A program made the position numbers and the translations under genes. 64,000 nucleotides of DNA from Camelus dromedarius (Eukaryota), in contig NC_087437.1 in the NCBI RefSeq assembly GCF_036321535.1, positions 48,858,001 to 48,922,000 of the forward strand, read 5' to 3'. Below the pieces are notes generated by a model. It was not told where the DNA came from. It did not search any database and saw nothing but the letters and a program-made list of their open reading frames with translations. Shown here piece after piece: positions 38,890 to 49,460 of this stretch (its first letter is position 1; each line of letters opens with the position of its first letter).

Positions 38890-41800
38890 CTATGAGTCTA
38901 TTTCTGTTTTGTATTTATGCTTTGTTTTTTTGTTTTTGTTTTTGTTTTTTAGATTCCACATATGAGTGATCTCATATGGTATTTTTTCTTTCTCTTTCTG
39001 ACTTACTTCACTTAGAATGACATTCTCCAGGAGCATCCATATTGTTGCAAATGGTGTTATGTTGTTGGTTTTTATGGCTGAATAGTATTCCATTGTATAA
39101 GTATACCACCTCTGCTTTATCCAGTCATCTGTTGATGGACATTTAGGCTGTTTCCATGTCTTGACTATTGTAAATAGTGCTGCTATGAACATTGGGGTGC
39201 AGATGTCATCCTGAAGTAGGGTTCCTTCTGGATATATGCCCAGGAGCAGGATTCCTGGGTCATAAGGTAGGTCTATTCCTAGTCTTTTGAGGAATCTCCA
39301 TACTGTTTTCTACAGTGGCTGCACCAAACTGCATTCCCACCAGCAGTGTAGGAGGGTTCCCCTTTCTCCACAGCCTCTCCAGCATTTGTCATTTGTGGAT
39401 TTTTGAATGATGGCCATTCTGACTGGTGTGAGGTGATACCTCATTGTAGTTTTGATTGGCATTTCTCTGATAATTAGTGATATTGAGCATTTTTTCATGT
39501 GCCTATTGATCATTTGCATATCTTCCTTGGAGAATTGCTTGTTCAGGTCTTTTGCCCATTTTTGATTGGGTTGTTTGGTTGTTTCTTAGTAAGTCGTATG
39601 AGCTGCTTATATATCCTGGAGATCAAGCCTTTTTCGGTTTCATTTGCAAAGATTTTCTCACATTCCGTAGGTTGTCTTTTTGTTTAACTTATGGTTTCCT
39701 TTGCTGTGCAGAAGCTTGTAAGTTTCATTAGGTCCCATTTGTTTATTCTTGCTTTTATTTCTTCTAGGAGAAAAGTTTTGAGATGTATGTCAGATAATGT
39801 TCTGCCTATATTTTCCTCTAGTAGGTTTATTGTATCTTGTCTTATGTTTAAGTCTTTTATCCATTTTGAGTTGATTTTTGTGTATGGTGTAAGGGAGTGT
39901 TCTAGCTTCATTGCTTTACATGCTGCTGTCCAGTTTTCCCAGCACCATTTGCTGAAGAGACTGTCTTTATTCCATTGTATATTCTTGCCTCCTTTGTTGA
40001 AGATGAGTTGACCAAAAGTTTGTGAGTTCATTTCTGGACTCTCTATTCTGTTCCATTGGTCGATATGTCTGTTTTTGTACCAACACCATGCTGTCTTGAT
40101 GATTGTTGCTCTATAGTATTGTCTGAAGTCTAGGAGAGTTATTCCTCCAGCCTCTTTCTTTCTCTTCAGTAATGCTTTGGCAATTCTAGGTCTTTGATGG
40201 TTCCATCTAGATTTTATTATGATTTGTTTTAGTTCTGTGAAATTTGTCCTGGGTAATTTGATAGGGATTGCATTCAATCTGTAGATTGCCTTAGGCAGTG
40301 TGACCATTTTAACAATATTGATTCTTGCAATCCAAGAGCATGGGATATCTTTCCATTTTTTAAAGTCTTCTTTAATTTCCTTCATCAATGGTTTATAGTT
40401 TTCTGTGTATAATTCTTTCACCTCCTTGGTTAGATTTATTCCCAGATATTTTATTACTTTGGGTGCTATTTTAAAGGGGATTGTTTCTTTACTTTCTTTT
40501 TCTGTTGATTCATCATTAGTGTAAAGAAATGACACTGATTTTTGAACGTTAATCTTGTAACCTGCTGCCTTGCTGAATTCTTCGATCAGCTCTAGAAGTC
40601 TTTGTGTGGACTTTTTAGGGTTTTCTATATATAGTAACATGTCGTCGGCATATAGTGACACATTCACCACTTCTTTTCCAATTTGGATCCCTTTTATTTC
40701 CCTCTCTTGCCTGACTGCTGTGGCTAGGACTTCCAAGACTATGTTGAATAGGAGTGGTGATAGTGGGCATCCTTGTCTTGTCCCAGATTTTAGTGGGAAG
40801 CTTTTGAGTTTTTCACCGTTGAGTACTATGCTGGCTGTAGGTTTGTCATATATAGCTTTTATGATGTTGAGATATGTCCCCTCTATACCTGCTTTGGTGA
40901 GAGTTTTTATCATAAATGGGTGTTGAATTTTATCAAATGCTTTTTCTGCATCGATTGAGATGATCATGTGGTTTTTGTCCTTTCTCTTGTTGATGTGATG
41001 TATTACATTGATTGATTTGCGTATGTTGAACCACCCTTGTGTCCCTGGGATGAACCCCACTTGGTCATGATGTATAATCTTTTTTATGTGTTGTTGGTAT
41101 CTATTTGCTAATATTTTGGTGAGGATCTTGGCGTCTATTTTCATCTGTGATATTGGCCTATAATTCTCTTTTTTGGTAGTGTCTTTGCCTGGTTTTGGTA
41201 TCAGGGTGATGGTGGCTTCATAGAATGAGTTTGGGAGTATTCCCTCCTTTTCAGTCTTCTGGAAGAGTTTGAGAAGGACTGGTATGAGTTCTTCTTTGTA
41301 TGTTTGGTAGAATTCCCTGGTGAAGCCGTCCGGTCCTGGACTTTTATTTGTAGGGAGGTTTTTAATTGCTATTTCAATTTCATTTCTAGTGATCAGTTTG
41401 TTCAAGTGGTCAGCTTCTTCTTGATTCAGTCTTGGTGGACAGTATGTTTCCAGAAACTTGCTCATCTTCTCTAGGTTATCCAGTTTGGTTACATACAGTT
41501 TTTCATAATATTCTTATATGATATTCTGTATTTCTATTTTATTTGTTGTAATTTCTCCATCATCCTTTCTTATTTTGCTAATTTGTGCTCTCTCTTTTTT
41601 CTTCTTTGTGATTTTGGCCAGAGGTTTATCGATTTTATTTACTTCTTCAAAAAACGAGCTTTTGGTTTGATTGATTTTTTCTATGGTCTTTTTAATCTCT
41701 ATTTTATTTATTTCCTCCCTGATCTTTATAATTTCCTTCCTTCTGCTGCCTTTTGGGGTTTTTTGTTTTTCTTTTTCTAGTTCATTCAGCTGGTGGGTTA

Positions 41801-42743
41801 AATTGTTTATTTGAGATTGTTCTTCTTTTTGAGGAAGGCCTGTATCACTATAAACTTCCCTCTGAGCACTGCCTTTGCTGTGTCCCATAAATTTTGTGTG
41901 GTTGTGCTTTCATTTTCATTTGTCTCAAGGTATTTTTTAATTTCAGCTTTGATTTCCTCATTGACCCATTGGTTTTTTAATAGCATATTGTTTAATCTCC
42001 ATGCTTTCCTTTTTTCTCCTTTGTTTCTCTGTTGTTGATTTTTAGTTTCATGGCATTGTGGTCAGTAAAGATGCTTGAGATAATTTCTATCTTCTTAAAA
42101 TTGCTGAGGTTTCTTTTGTGCCCAAGTACATGATCAATCCTGGAAAATGTTCCATGTGGACTTGAAAAGAATGTATATCCTATTTTTGGGGGGTATATTG
42201 CTCTGAAAATATCCACCAAGTCTAATTTTTCTATTGTATTATTTAGTTTCTCTGTTGCCTTATTTATTTTCTGTCCGGAAGATCTGTCTAGTGATGTTAA
42301 TGAGGTGTTGAAATCTCCATTTATGATTGTATTCCCATCAACATCCCCCTTTATCTCTGTTAGTAATTGTTTTATGTACTTAGGTGCTCCTATATTGGGT
42401 GCATATATATTAACGAGTGTAATATCCTCATGTTGTATCACTCCTTTGATCATTATAAAATGTCCTTCTTTATCTTTCTTTATGACCTTTGTTTTAAAGT
42501 CTATTTTGTCTGAAGTCAGTACTGCAACACCTGCTTTTTTGGTTTTTCCATTTGCATGGAATATCCTTTTCCATCCTTTCACTCTCAATCTATATGTGTC
42601 CTTCTCCCTAAAGTGGGTCTCTTGTATGCAGCATATTGAAGGGTCTTGCTTTATTATCCAGTCTGCCACTCTGTGTCTTTTCACTGGAGCATTTAGTCCA
42701 TTAACATTTACAGTAATTATGATAGATGTTTGTTTATTGCCAT
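38890..42743 (-). pseudogene. L1 ORF2 (endonuclease, reverse transcriptase, CCHC), broken by several frameshifts and stops
   Basis: Fragments: 41992..42684 (CCIQETH, GDFNT, RIDH, TDHN), 41514..41888, 39684..41465 ([15 protein letters not shown]), 39310..39519 (CWRGC...HCWWEC), 38890..39192. ATG at 42743 with an early 1-nt frameshift. Confidence 0.95.
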
Positions 42744-43119
42744 TTTGAACTTATCTTTGCAGTTGATTTGGTATTCCCACTTTGTTCCTTTCTTCTTCCT
42801 TTTGTGGTTTGGTAATCTTCCTTTGTATTATCATGGATTTTATTTAGTTTTTGTGACTCCCTTGTAAGTGTTTGGATGTGTTTACCCTCTTCTGTAAGTC
42901 TATTAGCCCATGACTATGTCTTGAACCCATCCTACCAAAAACAAAAAATTTAAAAAAAAGTAAGAAAGAAAGAAAAAAACTATATTTTCTTGCTTCCCTA
43001 TCCCACTCTTAATGATTTAAATGTCTTCTTTTACAATTTCGTGTTTATTTGTAATTCATGAGTTATCACCTTTCCAGTTATGAGTTTCTCATTTCTGTAG
43101 CATCCTGCTGCTTTTCTAT

Positions 43120-44013
43120 TTAGAGTAGACCTTTCAATATTTCTTTCAGCATGGGTTTAGTGTTGCTAAACTCTTGTAGTTTTTGCTTGTCTGTGAAATT
43201 CTTTATGTCTCCTTCTATCCTAAAGGATAGCCTTGCTGGATAAAGTATCCTAGGCTGCATCTCTTTTTCATTCAGGACTGTGAATATATCTTGCCCCTCC
43301 CTTCTGGCCTGTAGTGTTTGTGTAGAGAAATCAGCTGAGAGCCATATGAGGGTTCCCTTGTAACTCACTCTTTGCTTTTCTCTTCCTGCCCTTAGGATCA
43401 TGTCTTTATCCTTGACTCTGGCCATCTTGATTATGATATGTCTTGGTGTAGGTCTGTTTGGGTTCTTCCTGTTTGGGACCCTTTGAGCTTCCTGTATTTG
43501 GATATCTGATTCCTTCTTTAAGTTTGGGAAGTTTTCATTCATGATTTCTTCAAAAACCTTTTCAATCCCCTTTGTTCTTTCTTCCTCTTCTGGGACCCTT
43601 ATTATGTGAAGATTGGCACGGTTTATATTATCCCATAGGTCCCTTATGTTGCTTTCATTTGTTTTTATTTGTTTATCTTGCAGTTGTTCTGATTGGGTGC
43701 TTTCTGTTGTTCTGTTTTCTAGGTCACTAATTCATTCCTCTGCATTATCTACTCTGCTTTGCACAGCCTTTAGATTTGTTCTCATCTCAGCAAATGAGTT
43801 TACTAATTCTGCTTGGTTCTTCTTTGTAGCTTCTATTTCATGTTTGACATAATTTATATCTCTAAACACTATCTCTTTTTTTAGTTCCTTCAACACTTTG
43901 ATCACTCCTTTCTTGAAATCTTGATCTAGTAGGCTATTGATGTCTATTTCATTGATTGTTCTTTCAGGGGATTTCTCTTGTTCTTTTAATTGGGAGTGGT
44001 TTCTCTGCTTCAT
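43120..44013 (-). pseudogene. L1 ORF1p (~297 codons) with a single premature TGA at 43734-43732
   Basis: ORFs 43732..44013 and 43120..43542 are in the same frame and the intervening codons are open; motifs RPTPRHIIIK, LSADFS, LYPARLSF. Confidence 0.93.
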
Positions 44014-44099
44014 CTTGCTTATATATCTCTGGTACTGTGGCTTATTGAGTATCAGTTATCTATTGTGGTCCTTAAAGGAGTTTATTTATTTATCTATCT

Positions 44100-45270
44100 A
44101 ATGCCTATGTAGGAATAAACTTAAAAAGTAAAAGAAAAAAAAAAAAAAAGGAAAGAGAGAAAGAATTTTAAAAGAAGGGAGAAAAAAAGGTTTGAAAACA
44201 ATGTATAATCAATTATAGAAGCGCAATTTGAATCGGACTAGCTTTTGAGTTGAGACGTCTTTTTTTTTTTTTTCCTAAAATCCCTTAAAAAAAAAAAAAA
44301 AAGAAAGATCCAAAAACAATATTTGAAACCTATTTATAATCTATAACAGGAGAGCAAAACCAAAAGAATGAAAATGAAATCAGGTAGATTATGTTTTTTT
44401 TAAAAAAAATAATATAACTACTTTAATAGACAAATTTAAAAAGAAATTAAAACTAGAAGTAAAAATTAAAAAGAATAGAAAATTGAACAGATAAAAAATA
44501 CGATAAAATAGATATTTTAAGAGAAGGGAGAAAAAAAGGCCTGAATATAGTGTATAGTTAATTATAGAAGAGCAATTTGAATTAGACTAGCATTCAGATT
44601 GAGATCTTTTTAAAAACCCTCAAAAAAAAGTAAAAAAGATCAAAAAATGACACCTGAAACCCATTTACAATCAAGAACAGATCAAACCCAAAAGAAGTGA
44701 AAATGCAATCAAGTGGATTCTCTTTAAAAAATATAACTACGTTAAGAGAGAAACCCAAAAGGAATCAAAACTAGAAGCACACACAATTGTCTACAAAGAA
44801 AAATTCAAAAAGGAACCAAAACTAGAAGCATACACAACCTTCCAGAAATTAGAAATCATTAATGTAATAAAAAATAGAATAGACAAAAAAAATAAAAAAA
44901 AAAGATATGATAGAGAATTCCGAAAAAGGGGAGGAAAAAAAAGGCCTGAAAACAGCGTACAATGAACAACTGAAGAGTAAGTTAAAGCAGAACAGCATTC
45001 GTGTTGAGACGTCTCCCAAAAAGCTCCAAAATAGGACAAAAGAGGAAAAAACACATTTGAAACCTGTGTACAATCAACAACAGGGGATCAAAACCAAGAG
45101 AGAGAAAAATGACACAACATGGATCTTTCAAAATAACAACCATACCATTTTAAAAGGAAAAATTCAAAAGGGACCAAAACTGGGAGGATATACAAGTGGT
45201 TAAAAAGCAAAAATCAAAAAGGTAACAGAAAATACAACAGGCAAAAACAGATTTAAAAAAAAAACTAAAA
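44100..45270. repeat. Three diverged ~350-400-bp tandem units in the L1 5' UTR
   Basis: agaagggagaaaaaaagg...ttgaga recurs at ~44173, ~44522 and ~44925; gaaacc...acaatc...aaacc recurs at ~44325, ~44657 and ~45059. Confidence 0.8.
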
Positions 45271-45279
45271 AGGGGAGGG

Positions 45280-46438
45280 GGTGTTCTGGAGACTGTGTGC
45301 TCTTAATGAGAAGTCTTTCTGTCTTCGCCCTGTTTCGTGAGCTCGGCTTGTTGTTTCCCGAGGCCCTCTGTTGGCGCCCTTGTCTGTGCTGCTCCCAGTG
45401 CCTTTGGCAAGCAGATTGCGCCCCCTCCCCGCACAGAGTTCCTGCCGGAAAAGCTAGGGGCCATCCACCGTCTCCCGGTGCCGGTTGCTCCAGGCTGCGG
45501 CCCGCTCTGCCCCTGGTCGGCACTCCGCTGGCGGGTCCGGAAAGACTGTAGAACAGCACCGCCCCTGCTCTGTGTCCAAACTCAGCTCCTTGTTTGTTCT
45601 GGCAGCGTGAACTTTGTGAAGCACCTGGGTGGAAGGATCCTATCTGACTCAGGCTGCAAACAAGTCTCACTCCTGCCTAGGAGGTTGCAGAGCCCCCGGG
45701 TGTGGATTCAGGTCTCAGCCCCACCCCCGCCCCGGCGCTGTGCACAGGAGAATATGGCGGCTGTGGCTTAGCCCCACCTCTGTTCTCAGGAGAAGTGCCA
45801 GTTATGGCGGTACATGTCTGAGGTGACAAAGACTATGGTGCCCTTCCCCACAGGGCACACCAGCCGTGTTGCTTTGCTTTTTTCGCAATTTATGGGGTAC
45901 CGAGGTTGTTCTGCTCCATATCCCCTCCCAGCCATGGCACGCAGCCCCCTGCAGTCCCCCGGGGCTGCCTCAGTGCAGCCGCCCCGGACCTCTGCCCCGC
46001 TCGGGCCGCCTGCCCCGGCCCCAGCTGCCGGCTGGTGACTCAGGCTGGGTGTCGTGGGGACCCTTTGTGCTCATTTAACTCAGTTCTGTCGGTCAAGGGC
46101 TGCTCTGTACAGATCCGAGCCTCAGAGGCTCCCCCTCCGTCCCGCTGGTCTCTCTGTTGGAGAGGGGGAGACCCAGCCAGCCAGCGCCAGTCGTCCTTTG
46201 TCGCTCCCTCCCTGCGGGACCGGTTCGGCACTGTTCAGCCTTTTTGTCTTCCTTTTTTTTTTTTTTTTTTCCTTTTTTCTACCAGATTTTTGGCGTCTTT
46301 GTCTTTTGAAGAGGACAATGTTCTGTCAGAGTTCTGAAGGTGCTCTGGATGGCTGTGTGGGTCCGTAGATGTGAGTCTTGTTTCTGTGGGAGAGGGTGAG
46401 CTATGGGTGTCCTACTGCTCCGCCATCTTGGCCTCTCT
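45280..46438 (-). promoter_or_regulatory. CpG-rich internal promoter of the full-length L1
   Basis: High GC/CpG retained; YY1 site (cgccatctt on +, 46421-46429) about 10 nt from the element start. Confidence 0.8.
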
Positions 46439-47529
46439 TTCTACCCATTTTTAAAGCAGATTATTAGTTTTGTTTTGTTTTTTTTTTTTTTTTGCTATTG
46501 AGTTGTATGAGTTCTTTATATATTTTGGATATTAACCCCTTATTTGATATATCATTTGCAAATATCTTCTCCCATTAGGTAGGTTGTCTGTTAATTTTGT
46601 TGACGGTTTCCGTTACTGTGCAGAAGCTTTTTAGTGTTATACAGTCCTACTTGTTTATTATTGTTTTTGTTGCTTTTACTTTTGGTGTAAGATTAAAAAA
46701 GATCATCACCAAGACCTATGTAAAGGAGTTTACCACCTATGTTTTCTTCCAGGAATTTTATGGTTTCAGGTCTTAAGTTCAAGTTCTTAATCCATTTTGA
46801 ATTAGTTTCTGTGCATGTTGTAAGATAATAATCCAGTTTCATTCTTTTGCAAGTGGTTGTTCAGGTTTCCCAACACCATTTATTGAGTAGACTATTCTTT
46901 CCTTATTGATATTCTTGGCTCCTTTGTTGTAAATTAATGGACCATACATGTATAGGTTTATTTTTGGATTCTCTGTTCTGCTCCTTTGATCTGTGTCTAT
47001 TTTTATGCCAATACCATATACTGTTTTAATTATTGTTATTAAATATAAGCTTTATAATATAGCTTGAAATCAGGAAATGGGATGCTTACAGCTTTGTTTT
47101 TCTCAAGATTGCTTTGGCTGTTTGTAGTCTTTTGTGGTTTCAGATAGATTTTAAGATGGTTTCTTCTATTTTCTTAAGAAATACCATTGGAATTTTGATA
47201 GGGATTGCATTGAATCTGTGGGGTTGCTTTGGGTAGTATGGACATTTTAACAGTATTAATTCTGATCCATGAACATGGGCTATTTTAAAATCTATTTGTG
47301 TCTTCTTCCACTTCTTTCCTTAATATCTAGTAGTTTTCAGTATACAGGACTTTCAGCTCCTTGGTTAAATATACTTCTAGATATTTTATTCTTTTTGATG
47401 TAATTGTAAATAGGATTTAAAAAAAATTTCTCTTTCTGGTAGTTCGTTACTAGTGTATAGAAACACAATAGATTTTTGTGTATTGATTTATATCCTGCAA
47501 CATTACTTAACTCGTTAGTTCTAATAAAT

Positions 47530-48190
47530 TGTGATAAAATTCATAAACCGTGCAATTCACCATTTTAACCATTTTAAAGTGTACAGTTCATTTGCTTTTA
47601 CTTCATTCATAATATTGTGTAACTATCACCACTGTCTTGTTCTAGAACATTTTCATTACCCCAAAAGGAAACCAGCACTAGTTGATCACTCACTTCCCAT
47701 TCCTCCCTGGCCCCAACCCCTGGAAATCACTAATCTGCATTCTTTCTCTATGGTTTTTCTTACACTTGATATGTCATATAAATAATATGAATAATACAAT
47801 ACCTGACCTTTTGTGTCTAGCTTCTTTCATTTAGCATTATGTTTTCAAGGTGAATCCATGTTGTAGCATGTATGAGTACTTCATTCTTTTTTATGTCTGA
47901 ATAATATTCCATTATGTGGATATGACACATTTTGTTTATCCATTCATCAGTTGCTGGATATTGGGGTTATTTCTACGTTTTCACTACTGTGAATAGTGCT
48001 GCTAGAAATATTAATGTACAAGTTTTTGTTTGAATACCTGTTTTTTATATATATATATAAAATATATAAATATATATATATATACGTGGGAGTGGAATTG
48101 TTTTGTTATGTGTTAATTCTTTATTTAATTTTTTGAGCAACTCCCAAACTATTTTCCAAAGGAGCTGCACAATTTTATATTCCCACCACT
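47530..48190 (-). mobile_element. Old L1 (L1MB-like) 3' end
   Basis: aattcaccattttaacc...gtgtacagttca; ORF 48045..48260 (KIVQLLWKIVWELLKKLN). Confidence 0.75.
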
Positions 48191-49069
48191 CTTTATCACT
48201 GAGAAAGCTCCAAAGTGTGCGGGGGTAGGGAGGGAGTAAAGAAGTCCCTGAGCTTATCACTCAGGGAGCCACTGGATAGGTCAAAACACATAGCCACAAT
48301 TTTTTGAGAATAATGTCTGTATTGCTCTCTCTGACATCATCAAAGTGCACCAGGAATCTGGACAACCATCTTCATGATTGCCACCTGAGCTAGAGGGTGG
48401 GAGATTTTAGGTGAGTAAGATAAAATGCCACAACCCTCTCTTACCAAAATTCAATAGTTCTTTTCCTCATTAAGTGTTCTCTTGGATGCTGTAAGGTTTT
48501 GATTAGATTCCAGAGTTCTGAAAAAGTTGATTTTGACATTTTTTTTTGTCAGCTTAATCATTGCTTTAATGGTGGGATGGAGCTTTGGAGTTCTCTGCCA
48601 TTTTTGGTAACATCACTCCTATTATATCATTCATTTTTTGAAGATATTTCTTTTGTTTTTTCAGTTTGGCATAGCTCAGATTGAAAATTTGGTCTTTCCT
48701 ATAGAGAGCAATAGCTGAAGTTTTATTTCAGTTCTTCTAGCCTTTTCTGGGCTGATTGGAATTTGCCCTGTGCAAATATTATTCAAGAGTAAGCCAGAGA
48801 TTTGGGCAGAGTTCACACACAGAATTTGGTACACTCCTCTCTAGCTCTCTTCTTTCTGGGATGTCTTTCTTTCTAGATGCTGTGGTTATCTTGGAGCCTT
48901 TCCTTAATACATCAAGCCACTAAGACTGTGTACTTCTATCTAGTTTTTAGTGTTCCAAATGTCATGTACTTGGGCCTCGGTTCTTTGCTTTTTAAATAAT
49001 TTAAGAGGAGTTCTTAAAATGAAGTTTCAGGCACCATCTAGTTGGGGAAGTTTATAGGGTATTTGGCAT

Positions 49070-49460
49070 CTATATTGGTCTTCTAGATCTGTCTTAACAA
49101 AATACCACAGAATGAGTGGCTTAAACAACAGAAATTTATTTGTCACCGTTCTGAAGGTGGAAGTCCAAGATCAGAATATTGGCATGTTTGATTTCTCCTA
49201 AGGCCTCTCTTCTTGGGTTGCAGGTGGACACCTTCTTGCTGTATCCTCACATGGCCTTTTCTTCATTCATGTATAGCAGACTCCTGGTGTTTCTTTCTGT
49301 TCTTATAAGGACACCAGTCATATTGAATTAGAACCCCACCCTCATGACCTCATTTATCCTTAATTACCTTTTTAAAGTCCCTGTCTGCAAATGCTGTAAC
49401 TTTGGGGGTTAGGACTACAATGTCTGGATTTGGAGGACACAATTCAGCCCAGAATGGCAT
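49070..49460 (-). mobile_element. MaLR solo LTR (MLT1A-like)
   Basis: taacaaaataccacagaatgagtggcttaaacaacagaaatttatt ... ggaggacacaattcagccc. Confidence 0.8.

Larger units (their letters stand above)
38622..46438 (-). mobile_element. Full-length lineage-specific LINE-1 (~7.8 kb), inactivated
   Basis: 14-bp TSD ttctacccattttt at 38608-38621 and 46439-46452; TTT/AAAAA endonuclease site; 5' end with YY1 motif aagatggcgg; ORF1, ORF2, 3' UTR and (AAAT)n/A tail all present. Confidence 0.97.
37901..47525 (-). mobile_element. Older 5'-truncated L1 split into 37901-38621 and 46439-47525 by the young L1
   Basis: Poly-T at ~37901; ORF 38032..38247 is the ORF2 C-terminus; sequence continues colinearly (tacccattttt|aaagcagattatt...gagttgtatgagttc) after the insertion. 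Confidence 0.85.

Noticed and set aside
39684..41465. 593-aa reverse transcriptase ORF as a novel RT or retron-like system
   Set aside because: It is an ordinary fragment of a broken LINE-1 ORF2.
42900..42980. ...cctacca followed by an A-run in the L1 spacer as a second tRNA-fragment insertion
   Set aside because: Matches no tRNA end I know and has no TSD; probably native spacer sequence.
44100..45270. CRISPR-like repeat array
   Set aside because: Units are long and degenerate with no unique spacers, and the context is a eukaryotic L1.
45200..46368. Long ORFs on both strands (possible ORF0-like)
   Set aside because: GC-rich L1 5' UTR with few stop codons; several lack an ATG start; no recognisable homology.
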